Position numbers and translations under genes: made by a program. Positions 51,401 to 63,656 of a stretch of 64,000 bases of DNA are shown here, in pieces (positions within the stretch are counted from its first letter, which is position 1; each line of letters opens with the position of its first letter). Origin of the DNA: Pocillopora damicornis (taxonomy: Eukaryota). The notes under the pieces were generated by a model. The model made no database searches and had not been told where the DNA came from. It was given only the letters and a program-made list of their open reading frames with translations. The stretch is from contig NW_020843834.1 in the NCBI RefSeq assembly GCF_003704095.1, forward strand, positions 62,001 through 126,000, given 5' to 3'.

Positions 51401-53039
51401 ATTCTTGTTAACTGATTATGAAACGTTACTATACTTGAATCACGCTGGATAAATCAGTGTCCTAGGTGATCAACTCTGTGTCACATGTAAACCACCTCGT
51501 GTCCCAGTTGATCCACTCTGTGTCACAGGTAAATCACCTCGTGTCATTGGTGAACCACTCCGTGTCACAGGTGAACCACACCGTGTCATAGTGGAGCACT
51601 CTCTGAGGGAGCTGGCTTGTCAAACTTCTGTGGAACGCGGGAAAACTCGAGTGACCAAGTCGTGATTGGTTGTAGTTGTGCACCAGATTGGTTGAGAATG
51701 GGACGCGAGTTTTGAATACCTCAGGGCGAAATAGAGCAGAACTGGAACCAACAATCCCCTTTTTACTATCGACAATCCATTGAAAAGTTGCTCCGCAAAG
51801 TCATGTACGAATTAAACGTTTGAACACTTAATGATAAATTGATATATACGCATCCTTGTCCTAGAATATCAGTGAATCACTCCCGACCGCCTGCCTTTTT
51901 TCTGATCTCACAGGGAATGTCACATCGATAACCACGTGACGGAGAGAACAGATCTACCGGATCAACTTATACTAGAGTCTCAGGGAACGGAAATTTTTAC
52001 TCAAGAACTTCCACGGGTAAATATGACTGATTACAGAAAATATTTCACCCATTAACTCCCGTAAGTGACCAAGACAGAATTTCTCCCTACAATATTAATA
52101 CAATACCAACCAGAAAAGTGATGAGAATAAAGAAAAATATTTATTTGGGGATAATTTGCTGATGCAATACTAAATTCTCAGAGCTAATACTATAAGAATT
52201 GTATGGTTGACAGTAAGAAGAATTACAAATTTGATCTGGGAGTTTAAAGGTTAAAGTTAGTCTCTGACTCGTTTTATATTTTGTTTTATGTACACTTTTA
52301 GGTTTATCCTGTCACAGCCTTTCATGATCAAGATGTGAATAATGGCTCGCAGCGACTTGTCGAAGCTCATTCGCGGAACTGGCCTACAAAGCGAATCCTT
52401 ATGCAGGTTGGAAATAGTGAAATTTTTAGTCTTTGGAAAATAGCTTTAGTCTGTTTTTAAAGATAGAAAGAACACGACCAGGGTAGTTTCCCTAGAATAC
52501 TAAACCGCTTCCACAGCATTCATAAGTTTGAAATGCGCGCTTGAATGGACGAGGGCTTTACGCATTTCTCTTCTCGCGAGCGCGGTTTTATTTGCGGCGC
52601 AAACAGCCCTTACAGCATCCGGAAATCTGAAACGCGCGCGAAAGGGAAACCGAGTGTCACGCGTCTCTTTCCTCTTGCACACGTTTACAAAAGCTCTCAT
52701 AGCATGGGTAAGTCTGAAATGCGCGAGAGGAGGGGTAAAACCATTGCGCGTTCCTTTCTCCGGCCCTGCGCGCGTTTCAATATTCTATAGAAGGGAAACT
52801 AAGGCGTTTTAATTTTTTTTCGCACAGAGCCCTAGCAACTTTAATATAAAATGGGAATCTTGAACTTGACTAGTCAATATTTTTTGTTTCAGCGTCAAAA
52901 TCTAAGAGCGGTACCAGTTTCCGAGGTGAAATATGAATGGAAAGACACTGATACTCGTTACTGGGTGTACGGGTTGGATCACAAAGTACATGCCCCAGAC
53001 TACCCCCAAAAGTGTTGTTGGGGCTGCGCCATACTTTAA
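45483..53039 (+). CDS. SSUH2: SSUH2-like protein (copy B), complete, 13 coding exons: P/Q/G/Y-rich N-terminus, SSUH2 core, DnaJ-like CxxCxGxG zinc-finger repeats, C-terminal CCWGCAIL
   Basis: Phase-consistent GT-AG exons: 45483-45543, 46457-46822, 47384-47527, 48122-48197, 48393-48522, 49202-49262, 49547-49671, 49979-50041, 50893-50996, 51289-51381, 51914-52016, 52302-52406, 52893-53039. Family motifs: [58 protein letters not shown]. Confidence 0.9.
45615..45850. mobile_element. Penelope-like termini in inverted arrangement inside SSUH2 intron 1
   Basis: 'tattatcaactgagttgataac..gccactgtaaagagtttcaaagctgacatttcaaatgttagccctttgtcag' followed by a degenerate inverted copy ending 'tgataatactaaattaccc'. 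Confidence 0.5.
51466..51605. repeat. Degenerate ~21-bp minisatellite (about 6-7 copies) in SSUH2 intron 10
   Basis: Unit approximately GGTGAACCACTCYGTGTCACA. Confidence 0.75.
52484..52801. mobile_element. ~320-bp GC-richer MITE in SSUH2 intron 12
   Basis: Inverted ends TAGTTTCCCT ... AGGGAAACTA, with internal inverted gcgc-containing segments. Confidence 0.55.
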
Positions 53040-53465
53040 AACAATGGACAGAAGAGAGATGAAGGAACGGGGACAAACAAATTTCAATGCAAACTATTTA
53101 TGATGTGAAATAGTTAGACGTCAGGTTTCTCTACATTTTGCGATGGGAATTAAAAAATGATTTTACTTGCTTGATCTCTTAGCTTCATTTCTTTTTCGGA
53201 AATGGGAGTAATTTCATGTGAAAAGCAAGAATTAAGTTTACTCTGATTAATTCACTATGCGAACGAAGGCTTTGCTTGAAAGACAACCAAACTACAAACG
53301 TAAATCCCATTGATCAACTTTAATGGATGAAAACTTTAGTATGTTTTAATATCTTAAAACTGAATTTGACCGCCGGAATAAAATAAAAATACGTAGGCTA
53401 ATTTTCACTCAAAAAAAGATTTGTTCGATTTTTAGGCAACGAAACAAAGTAAACATGATTGGCGA

Positions 53466-56400
53466 CTACCAGTCGTCGATTCTCTTCTTTTTCTTATGCT
53501 TTCGTTTCGGCTGCCATATTGGTTTGCCAGGTTTAGGTGGCATATTAGCAGCAGCCTTTCTTTCCTTGTACTCTTGCCTGCATGAAAAGACAAGCGAAGG
53601 AAAAGTTAAAGTCATTGAAGTCATTTCTTCATTCATCCAGTTCAAGTATAGCACTGGTGTGCATCAATAATTACTTTTTAAAACTGCAAAACTAACGCAT
53701 CACTCGTTTGGCTACTGATTTTAAACAAGTTGATCTTAAACCTTCACGCCCTAACATCAGAAGCTATTTTCTTCACACCGTTCTTTGTACATTTCTTTTG
53801 TTACTGACAAGGAGAATTTCATTGACAATCAGGAGCTTCTGAAATTGGTGATCATTTCCTTTATTCTCATAACTTCTATATTTGATTCAAGAGTGATAAT
53901 ATGAGGAGAGATTAGAAACCAGTCACTATCAGGAGATTAAGGATTAAACAAGAAGGGCATTTCGCAGCACATAACTTACCATTTCCGTCCGATGTATTTC
54001 ACAATTCGTACACATAATCGGCACACGACAAAACCAGCAACCAGGAAGGCGACAGTGACAGCCAAACCAGCGAAGACAGCATAGACGCCATCTTGCCAAG
54101 ACAAGAAATCAAAGCGAGCTTGAATATGTATTACATGTTCTGTTGGAAAACAAAATTAATGTCATAAATAGTAAAAAAAGAAAAGTCATAAAAAAATTAG
54201 CAATTGTGTACTTTTTTCGCCGAGTCAAATGTAATAACTGAGAAAAAGTCGAACAACTGGCGAAATTAAGAAGAAATCTGAAGCATCCTTTAAAGTGCAC
54301 CGTGTAGCCCCTATATAGAGAAAATAATAGTTAAGTAATAATGATAATAATAATAATAATAATAATAATAGTAATAATAATAATAACAATTATAATACTA
54401 ATGATTATAATAATCTATTCCAGCCAAAAAGTGAGAGGTGAAATGGTCACTCTCTCCTCGGCTAGGCCAATTATGACTTGTCAAATTCAAATTGGTGAAC
54501 AATTGACTTACCACGGAGGAAACCAAAGTAAAACTCGACAGCAACGTCAGTTACATAGCAGACGACAGGAACAAACGGTTCAACAATCCACATAACTCCG
54601 TTAGTCATCATCTTGGTCAGCTCAGCTGATATATTTTGGATCATCTTGGCGAACGAATATGTTGCATTTATGGTAAAATCCATCAACCGTCGAAGTCCAG
54701 TCCAGATAGCCTCAGCTGACCATTGAATTCCATTCCAGATTACCTCAGCCAACAATTGAAGAGCATTCCAGATAACCTTAGCCAACAATTGAAGTCCTTT
54801 CCAGATAACTTCAGGCAACAATTGAAGTGCTTTCCCGATAACCTTAGCCAACCATTGAAGTCCAATCCAAATAACCCTAGCCAACCTTTGAAGTCCAATC
54901 CACATAACCTCCACCAACAATTGAAGTCCTTTCCAGATAACCTCAGGCAACAATTGAAGTTCATTCCAGATAACCTTAGCCAACCATTGAAGTCCAATCC
55001 AGATAACCTCCGCCAAAAATTGAAGTCCATTCCAGATAACCCCAGCCAACAATTGTAGTCCATTCCAGATACCCATAGCCAACCATTGAAGTCCAATCCA
55101 GGTAACATCCGCCAACAGTTGAAGTACATTCCAGATAACCCTAGCCAACAATTGAAGTCCAATCCAGATAACCTTAGCCAACAGTTGAAGTCCATTCCAG
55201 AAAATCCCAGCCAACAATTTAATTCCATTCCAGATAACCTCAGCGAACCATTGAAATCCACTCAAGATAACCTCAGCCAACCACTCGGCACACCTCCACA
55301 ACAATTTCCCAAGCCACCGCGCGCCGTTCCACGTCAAGCCTGAAAGCCATGCGACTTTTCCGCGAGTCCAATTTACCATTCCGATCCAGATGTCTTCAAG
55401 TCCATTCCATACTTTGCCAGTCACTGCCCTTGAGACCATGATGCATTTCTTCCATATGCAAGAGGTCAATTCCACCGTACCGTCCTGCACCTGGGTCATT
55501 ACTGTCACTGTAAAATTCCATATCTGGGATATTAATCCACGGTTTGTAATCTCGAAAGCCTCGTAATCAAAGCATGTTGTTTTTCCGAGATCCTGAATTA
55601 TTTTCTTGCAATTGAAGATCTGACAATATCAATTTAGAGAAGTTATTAGCCAAGTGACATCAGAAATAGTATTCCGGTTAGTTTGGTATTCTAAGACATA
55701 GAAGTAATAAAGATATTGGGAGGATGGGGGGGGGGGGGGGGNNNNNNNNNNNNNNNNNNNNNNNNNNNNNNNNNNNNNNNNNNNNNNNNNNNNNNNNNNN
55801 NNCCCCCCCCCCCCCCCCCGTGGGCATTTCTTCATATGGCTCCCATTTTGTATACTCTCATTAGCGACGCTGACCGATCCTCCCTCTGTCCCCAGAAAAA
55901 ATGTGATCCCTGCCAAAATCCTCCACCCCCCCTCCCTTGTCAAAAAGAAATGACTGGTCCTTGACGGTGCATTAAACGAACTGTCATATCTAATACCTTT
56001 GAAAGTTCAGGTTTGACGTAGCCATGGGCTTTGCTGTTAACAGCAATGGAAGCTTTTTCGTAAATCAACTTCAGTTTAACATTCATGGACGGAATCTCAA
56101 TCTTGACTGCAATCAGCTGCTGTACACACACAAAAAATAATTTTACATGAAAAGGCTTGGAAACGATTTAATTTTGCATGATATGTTCAATCATTTCTGA
56201 TCCATCTTAAATACATTAAAAAGAGGTCCGCGCGGCTGGAGCATATTCCAGTCTCTAAAGTTCAACAGTTCTTCGCAGATTTCTGATCCTCCTCAATTTC
56301 TCAGGTTTCCTTGACGACTCCAGTCTCGAGCCCAAGGTCATTTTGGCTCTTTGCAACGACAGCCATACCGCCGACAAATGATCAAAACGACCCTGGGGGC

Positions 56401-57180
56401 GAGATTGTAGCGACTCGCGCATCCCTGGTATGTAATTATGGAGAAAGACGCTGTAAGAGTAGGTGTCTTGCCCGCGATGCAAGGTTTCGAATTATAAATT
56501 TATTATTTCTTAATTGCAGTCAACAATTTGTTTTTCTCAGCAATCTAAATTTTGCCAAACCTCGTCGTCCCACTTTCCAGTCATCATCATCTTGTGTTGG
56601 TACAAATCATTTCGGCCCTGCATCTCACTAACTTTCAGAAGAGTTTCTACACAGAAAAAAAAAATGAATACTGATCATGGCAGTGAGAACAAAAAATTCA
56701 GTTTTGCGCTCTTGTAGGTTCTTTGAAATGGTCAACACCCCTTGATTTGGAGAGACACAAAAAATAATTTGCGCTGCGTAACCGTTTCTGGAGCGCATGC
56801 TACAAAAAAAAAAAAGAACGTAAAACCACGCGCGCAGCTACCATAGCAACAAGAAACATTTGTTTTGCGGATACAAAAGTACTTTTCATGAGAATTTCCT
56901 TGACGAAAAAGTCAAACCTCATAACCGGACAGATTTAGCAACGAAAACTGATCGATCCATTAACGAATATAGACCGCTTGACGAGACGATGTCGGGTTAA
57001 ATCCTTGTTTCTATTAATAAGTCCAGAAAGATCATTAGCCGTAAGGCGTCAACATAGAGAAAAATGTTTCTTTTGTTTTTCAGAGGGAGGAAATACCTTA
57101 CCGTCCAGTTTAGCACTGATTGTAGCATCTGAAAACGCAAATAAAAACGAAAGCACTATAAGCGCACTCAACCACTTCAT
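53466..57180 (-). CDS. Unrecognised predicted type I membrane protein (~555 aa): signal peptide, ~20 Trp-periodic 11-aa amphipathic repeats, TM helix, basic cytoplasmic tail
   Basis: Phase-consistent exons (minus strand): 57180-57102 (MKWLSALIVLSFLFAFSDATISAKLD), 56646-56561, 56119-55997, 55619-54512, 54139-53980 (VYAVFAGLAVTVAFLVAGFVVC) and 53577-53466 (WQEYKERK...KRKHKKKKRIDDW*); total 1668 nt. The exon 2 donor (GTTTGG) is the least certain boundary. Confidence 0.8.
54672..55331 (-). repeat. Coding 33-bp tandem repeat, about 20 units, consensus W(N/I)GLQ(L/W)LA(E/K)VI
   Basis: Plus-strand unit approximately 'ccagataaccttagccaacaattgaagtccatt'; no frameshifting indels across the array. Confidence 0.9.
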
Positions 57181-58481
57181 CTTCGATATGTCTCCGAATT
57201 TTTTGTCCTCTCTCACGAAAAGCTCAATCTTGCTCTTACCGCGAAAACGAGTGAAGTAAAGACTGACGTCACAATTATTCTTTACGACGCAGGTCGCACG
57301 TCACCTGCACGAGATGATCGCTTAACCGCTGTCATATATCCTTTCCTCCGACCCCTTAGTCGTAGTGACGGGCCTAAGTCGTGAGCAGGGCGGAGAGAGG
57401 TTAAGCAAGCCGCAAGCGTTCCCCGCTTCGCTCTGCACTCGTACAAGACGCACCCGACTTGGGGAGGGCAGAGGAGATAATGCATTCGCAACAATTACCC
57501 TAAAATTGAAACAAGTCGACGCATTATGTTTTCTTTAGCTAAAGATCTCCTTCCTGACACACTTCCAGTTCTGTATTAAATTAGCTTCACAGGTCTTCAC
57601 ACCCACTCAAGAGCCATAGGCGATGAATTAACGACCATCCCTCCCACAGCATTATTTAATTATACCATGAGAGCAGAATATCGATCACATTCCTCCTCGT
57701 CGTGCAACGTTGAGTTGCGTTCTAAAGGACGTGAGGTAAGATCACGCAGGCTGAGAGAGCCAAATACAAGCAAACTATTACATTTTTAAGGCTCCTTTCA
57801 TTAGATAGGGTAAGGTGTCGTGTATTTCTTATTGCGTTTTGTGTTGGTAGCTATGAAACGATCGGTATCAATGTCCCCATGTCGACGTATTTTCCATGCA
57901 TGGAGGCGCCGCTGCGGCAGACTAGCTTTTGGCGTTTCTCACCTCTTAATCTGTGTTTTATTGTAAGGATCAGAGAGTGTAAAAATTGATGCTAGACAAA
58001 TTGGAGGAGTTTTCAGCTGTAAATGCGTGTAATATGTCTTCTCGATATCTGTTTGGAAAATGAAAACGATACCTGTTTGCATGTCTCTAAATTATAATCC
58101 CAGCTCACTGTACGCTAACAACGAAATATTCACAATGGCGTGTTAAATTCCACAGGAATCGAAAGTGTAATTTCTATCCTCACACTCGTTATTGCAAACC
58201 TAGATTTGTTCAGTCGATGAATGTCAAGGTTTGAGTACCCACGTGCAAAACCGGAAAAAAAGTTGGAATTGAAACTCATATCTTAAAATTAGCTTCCAAA
58301 ACTAAGCTATGTTGCTTACAGTTTTCAATAAATTCGGGTGAAAGCTTTTTATATCTTCCTTATTATATCTTAGTCTATATCTATTATATCTTAGTGTCTT
58401 CAAAGGGATTTGAGATTTAATTAATTTATTTATAACATCTGTTTGTCAGAAATTCATGATAATTGTTGGACTGCTGTCACT

Positions 58482-61400
58482 ATGAGTCAAGCGCCTTATC
58501 CCCCTACTGGATATGCCTATGGACCTCTTCAAGGTTATCAACCAGGTATATTAATGAAACAGTACATACATGGGGATAGTTGATGAATTTTTTCTTGGAT
58601 CATGAGTAGACAATGGATTAGTGGTTTGCAATTAGATTATAAGTTCACATTTTCAAAGCATTAATTATTCATAAGGGGGTCATCCAACCAAGACATGCCA
58701 ATTTGGTCACATGCATGTGGTTTGAAACCCTGGTGAAACACTGGAATGATGTGCTATCCATGAGTTTCATATAATAAGGCATCAAACTCAAGTGAACTCA
58801 TTTCTTAATTTGAATATTAATAACATGTATTTGAATACTTAAAACAAAGACACCCACAAAAACAAACAAACTTTATTAACACCCTCTCTAATATGAAGAA
58901 ATAAGACATTGTCTAAAGAAAGTATGATCACATTCATTCCCTTGTTTACATTAATATTTATTTTACTTTTCTTAAAGTAGGCAGAGGCCATAAACTGATC
59001 ACAAGAACTCCTCAAATTACCAATTTCAACAGTACCTTCTGTGTCTTTACTCATTTCTTCCTTACTAGTGCTGCACTTAGGTGCCAACACCTCAGAAAAC
59101 TCAGCATTGTGATAACATTGCTTACACCCTTTCTGAAAAGAGAAATCACCATAGCAATACAATTTTTTGTAACAACAAACTTGCTGACAACATACAAAAA
59201 ATTTGTGAATATTTCAATTTTCTTTTATCCCTAAGGTGCAGTTGAGAAGCAGTTTCAAAAACTTGTGCATCAGGATTTCCAAACACTCTAAAACATTTAA
59301 AGTACTTGGCCTTGCAGCCTGGTGCTTTCATCAGCTTTCTCATGTTTGGAAATTAACCCTGATGAAACCCTTGTCCTCATTTTTTTAATAGTATATCTAA
59401 GAATTTTTCATCAGTGTTCAATCCTCTATCACAAAGTCTCGTTTACAATTTGTAAGTTAATTGTGTGACTTATTTACGGCAAGTAACATAAGTGCATGGT
59501 CCCCTTGATAACCCTTAAACCCCAATGAGTGACTAGCTTCTAATTTCTCCTTCATTATCATCCCTGAATCAAACATTAAAGTCATGAGAATATAAGAAAT
59601 GATCAGCAATTGAAGATGCTCAAGATTGTCTAACAAATTCTCCTTGTCAGCACCTTATAAAATGTCTAGAGAACAGTATGAAGAATAATAGTGCTTTCCG
59701 AAGTTAGGCTGTAGAGGGTTAACCCTTTAACTCCCAGATCAAATTTGTAACTCTCCTAACTGTCAACCTACAATTCTTATAACATTAGTTCAGAGAATTT
59801 AGTATTGGATCAACTAATTATCCCCAAGTTTATGTTTTTCTTTATTCTCTTCACTTATCTGGTTGATATTGTATTGACATTGTAAGGAGAAATTCTGTCT
59901 TGGTCACTCATAGGAGTTAACCCTTAAACTCCCATGAGTGACCAAGAGAAAACTTCTCCTTACAATATCAGCACAATATTAAGTAGAAAAGTGATGAGAA
60001 TATAAAGCGGGAGATAATCTAGGTCACTTGAAGTTGATCCAATACTAAATTCTCCTACATAATATCAAAAGATTGTATGACAGACAGTAAGAAGAATTAC
60101 TAATTAGATCTTGGGAGTGAAAGGGTTAAAGGATTTGAATTTTTTTCCTTTCCAGCTCAACCCCAGATTGGCTTTGTTCCTCAGCCAAGGTATGGTCCCC
60201 CAGCCCCTCAGCCAAGGTATGGTCCCCCAGCCCCTCAGCCAAGGTATGGTCCCCCAGCCCCTCAGCTACCTGGCCATGGATCACTAGCCATTACTGGTGA
60301 GTAACTGAAATAATTCAGACACAAACTGATGGTGATAAAATTCTGATTCTGTTGATAACTGCTGATAATAGATTTTGAAATCCAATCATCCATTTAAGTT
60401 TGCGATAATGTTATAAAGTTACCATTTTTTTTTTTCATAGATGGCAAAGCACCAAATTCTCATAGTATCCAGTGTAACCCTTAAACTCCCAGATCTCATT
60501 AGTAATACTCTTTACTGTTTGCCATACAATTCCTATGTTGTTAGTTTGGAGAATTTGGTATTGGATCAACTAATAATCCCCAAATTGATACTTTTCTAAA
60601 TTCTCATCACTTGTCTAAACAAGCCAAGAAATATTTCAAGAAAAGTATAAACTTTACATGTTTCAAGCTGAATATATAGTAATATGTAAGTTGGAAGAAT
60701 GTTGATTTCGGACATATCTACTTCTAATAAAAATTTACACAGGTCTGATCAAAATGGGGATCCACAGATCCTGGACCCTTTCCCTGAATCCACCATTGGG
60801 AAGGGAAGCTGACAAACAATTCTATTTTCTCTATTCTAGTTAAAACATTCATCACAATTATCCCATAATGAGATGAACTCCAACCTATGCACACTCTAGC
60901 AAACCAACAGTTCAGGCATTCTTTGTTAATTTCCAGGATTGACATTCAATTTCAATACCATTAAGTTTCAAAATTGAAAAAGACTGCAACTCTAAAATCC
61001 TTCAAAAATAAACTGAAAATTCCTAATAAAAAAATTATTAACCTCTTCTTTTCTTTTTTTCTTCTTTTCCCTTGTGATCTGAATCTGGCTTCTCCCCCAC
61101 ATGTCTTGTTCAATGTTATATATTAATTTGAACGTTTGTTAGCTAACTTCATACGAGCCTGGTGGCTTCATTTAGGTACTGTTGCAATACACCTTTATGT
61201 ATTTTACCCTTTAGACACTAACATCAGTATGCATATTCTCCATACTGTTCTCTATACATTCCTTAAGGTGCTGACAAGGAGAATTTGTGTAACAATCAAC
61301 AACTTCTTTAGCTGCTGATAATTTTCTTTACTCTTGTAACCATACTGCGTGATTCAGGGGTGATATTGTAAGGAGAAATTAGATGCTAGTCACTTTGGAA

Positions 61401-63656
61401 GTTAACCTAGTTTATCATGCTTCCCTGTCAGTGATTATCAAAGTGTTCCAAAGAGATAAATACAAAAAATTAAAATGTAGTTCTTCACATAATTTATAAA
61501 CTGATTTATCATTGGACAGGTAGAGTAGACAGACCTACATATTCAGGCTCAGATGTACCCCCTCAGGATGTGTTTGATAACCAGTTTGGCAAGCCTCCAG
61601 CTCCCTCTGCACCCCCTCCTGACATGTTTGCGCATTACTCTGGATATGAACAAACACAATTTGGTAGGCTAATGAGGATTTTTTACAAATTTTAATGAAT
61701 TTACCAAGCTTGTCTCACTAAAATAGGGTCAATTCTTTACTGGAGTCAAGTGGCTCATGAGTTGTATGAATACAACTGGAACTAATAGCTCCACATTTTC
61801 TGCCACATGGAATGAGTGATTAAGAGCATTGCTACCCCCCCCTGGGTGGAATGCCAGTTCATATCAGGTAACCCTTTCCCACCTCTTGGATGTCTTCTTA
61901 TAAGTCAGATTTATTTGATATTTATTAAAATTTTTATTTATTGATTGCCCCTTGTTCATGAGATTTACTCCTTGGCAACATTACATAAACGTAGTTTTGC
62001 AAAGTGGTAACATTATAGTTTTGCATATATTGCTACAAATTTTGTAACTATTTTATATAATCCAACAGGCTGTTCATATACGGTTGTGAATATATGGAAG
62101 TCATATATTTCATTCATATTTCATTCATTCGCGTCTTTAACCGAAGTTCAAATATATTTAATTCAAGGCAGTTCATATGTTCCTCCTCCACCCCCATATG
62201 TGCCCCCTCCCTCCTCACAGATGCCAGAACAGCACTTCCAACAGTGAGTTTTACTTCATCATTTGGTGTTAGTTACATATATTTTTTAATGGTTGAGTTT
62301 TTATTGTTTTTATTTTGTGAATTTGTGTCACAAAATACCATGATACCATTAAATGTATCAACCCAACCTGTTTTGATAGCCTGAAGAACAAGTTTTGTAA
62401 ACTGATCAGGAAGTAAAAGTATTAGGGCAAGTTGAGGTTACGAACTTGCAATCATATATCCAACCAGCCCTGTTTGATGTAGAATTATAGTGGATGGTGG
62501 GGGGAGAGGTCAGGGAAAGGTAAGAAGACAATTGTCCACCCCTTCCTTACCCCTTTGGTACAAATTTCTTTCTCTCCCCAGCCTTCCACTGACTTTTCAG
62601 TGAGAAAATACTGAGTACTTGCTCACTAAAATTATGTTTGCTCTGTTGGCCGAGTTGCCGGAAGATCAAATAGAATATGACATCCCATCATTCACACATG
62701 AGGCTGGTTGAATAACTGTAAAATGTGCCATATGGTTTTTTTAAATTTTGAATATTTAAGATTTTCATCAAGTGTTTGTCTAAGTATGTGATATCACATT
62801 TTCCCATCACTTCAACACATTTCTACCCTTGGAATTTTCTCTGCAAGGTGCAGTCAAGGATGACATGGGGGGGGGGGGGNNNNNNNNNNNNNNNNNNNNN
62901 NNNNNNNNNNNNNNNNNNNNNNNNNNNNNNNNNNNNNNNNNNNNNNNNNNNNNNNNNNNNNNNNNNNNNNNNNNNNNNNNNNNNNNNNNNNNNNNNNNNN
63001 NNNNNNNNNNNNNNNNNNNNNNNNNNNNNNNNNNNNNNNNNNNNNNNNNNNNNNNNNNNNNNNNNNNNNNNNNNNNNNNNNNNNNNNNNNNNNNNNNNNN
63101 NNNNNNNNNNNNNNNNNNNNNNNNNNNNNNNNNNNNNNNNNNNNNNNNNNNNNNNNNNNNNNNNNNNNNNNNNNNNNNNNNNNNNNNNNNNNNNNNNNNN
63201 NNNNNNNNNNNCCATCACACCCTATCATCAGTAGGTGAGTATGCTTATTCTCCATACTGTTCTCTATGAATTTCCTAGAGGTGCTGATTAGGAGAATTTG
63301 TGTAACAATCAAGAGCTTCCTTAGTTAGTGATTATTTCCTTTATTCACCTGGCATTAATCTGTGATTCACAGGTGATATTGTATGGAGAAATTCGATACT
63401 AGTCACCATAAGCTAGTAGGGTCAAAGGATCACTGAATGATACCCAGTCTGACAAAAAGAGTGCACATATGGAAAAAGAACTAATGGAAAGCAATGACAA
63501 ATACTGAATACTTATGCACTTTTTAGAGCCACTGCAATAACAGATGACCAAGCTCAAGATGCAATGATTCAGTTTGTGAGTGAAAACTGTTGTTATGGAA
63601 CAGCTCCAGCGAGGGAAATGGTGATTAAAGATGTCATTCCTTCAAGTGCTTATCAT
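58482..63656 (+). CDS. SSUH2: SSUH2-like paralog C, 5' part (continues beyond the window)
   Basis: Exons 58482-58545 (MSQAPYPPTGY), 60156-60296, 61520-61663 (GSDVP..PSAPP..GYE), 62168-62243 (PPPPPY) and 63527-63656 (ATAITDDQAQDAMIQFVSENCCYG..SAYH); same intron phases as copy B. Probable non-coding exon ending GTGAG|GTAAG at ~57735. Confidence 0.85.
59509..60129. mobile_element. Cluster of three TTAA MITEs (two adjacent, one nested)
   Basis: TTAA junctions at 59719-59722, 59917-59920 and 60126-60129. Confidence 0.75.
60179..60265 (+). repeat. Perfect coding 27-bp repeat x3 (PQPRYGPPA)
   Basis: CCTCAGCCAAGGTATGGTCCCCCAGCC repeated three times in an SSUH2-C exon. Confidence 0.9.

Noticed and set aside
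54330-54415. Poly-Ile ORF (also at 43354)
   Set aside because: An (ATA)n microsatellite in an intron.
54672-55343. CRISPR array, or alternative-frame proteins (KSIPDNLSQQL, GMDFNCWLRLS)
   Set aside because: The units are contiguous 33-mers with no unique spacers in a eukaryotic context. The alternative frames are interrupted by stops and lack splice connections.
62776-63312. Long ORFs containing X runs (also near 39816-40248, 41899-42110, 55629-55964)
   Set aside because: Artefacts of translating through N gaps.
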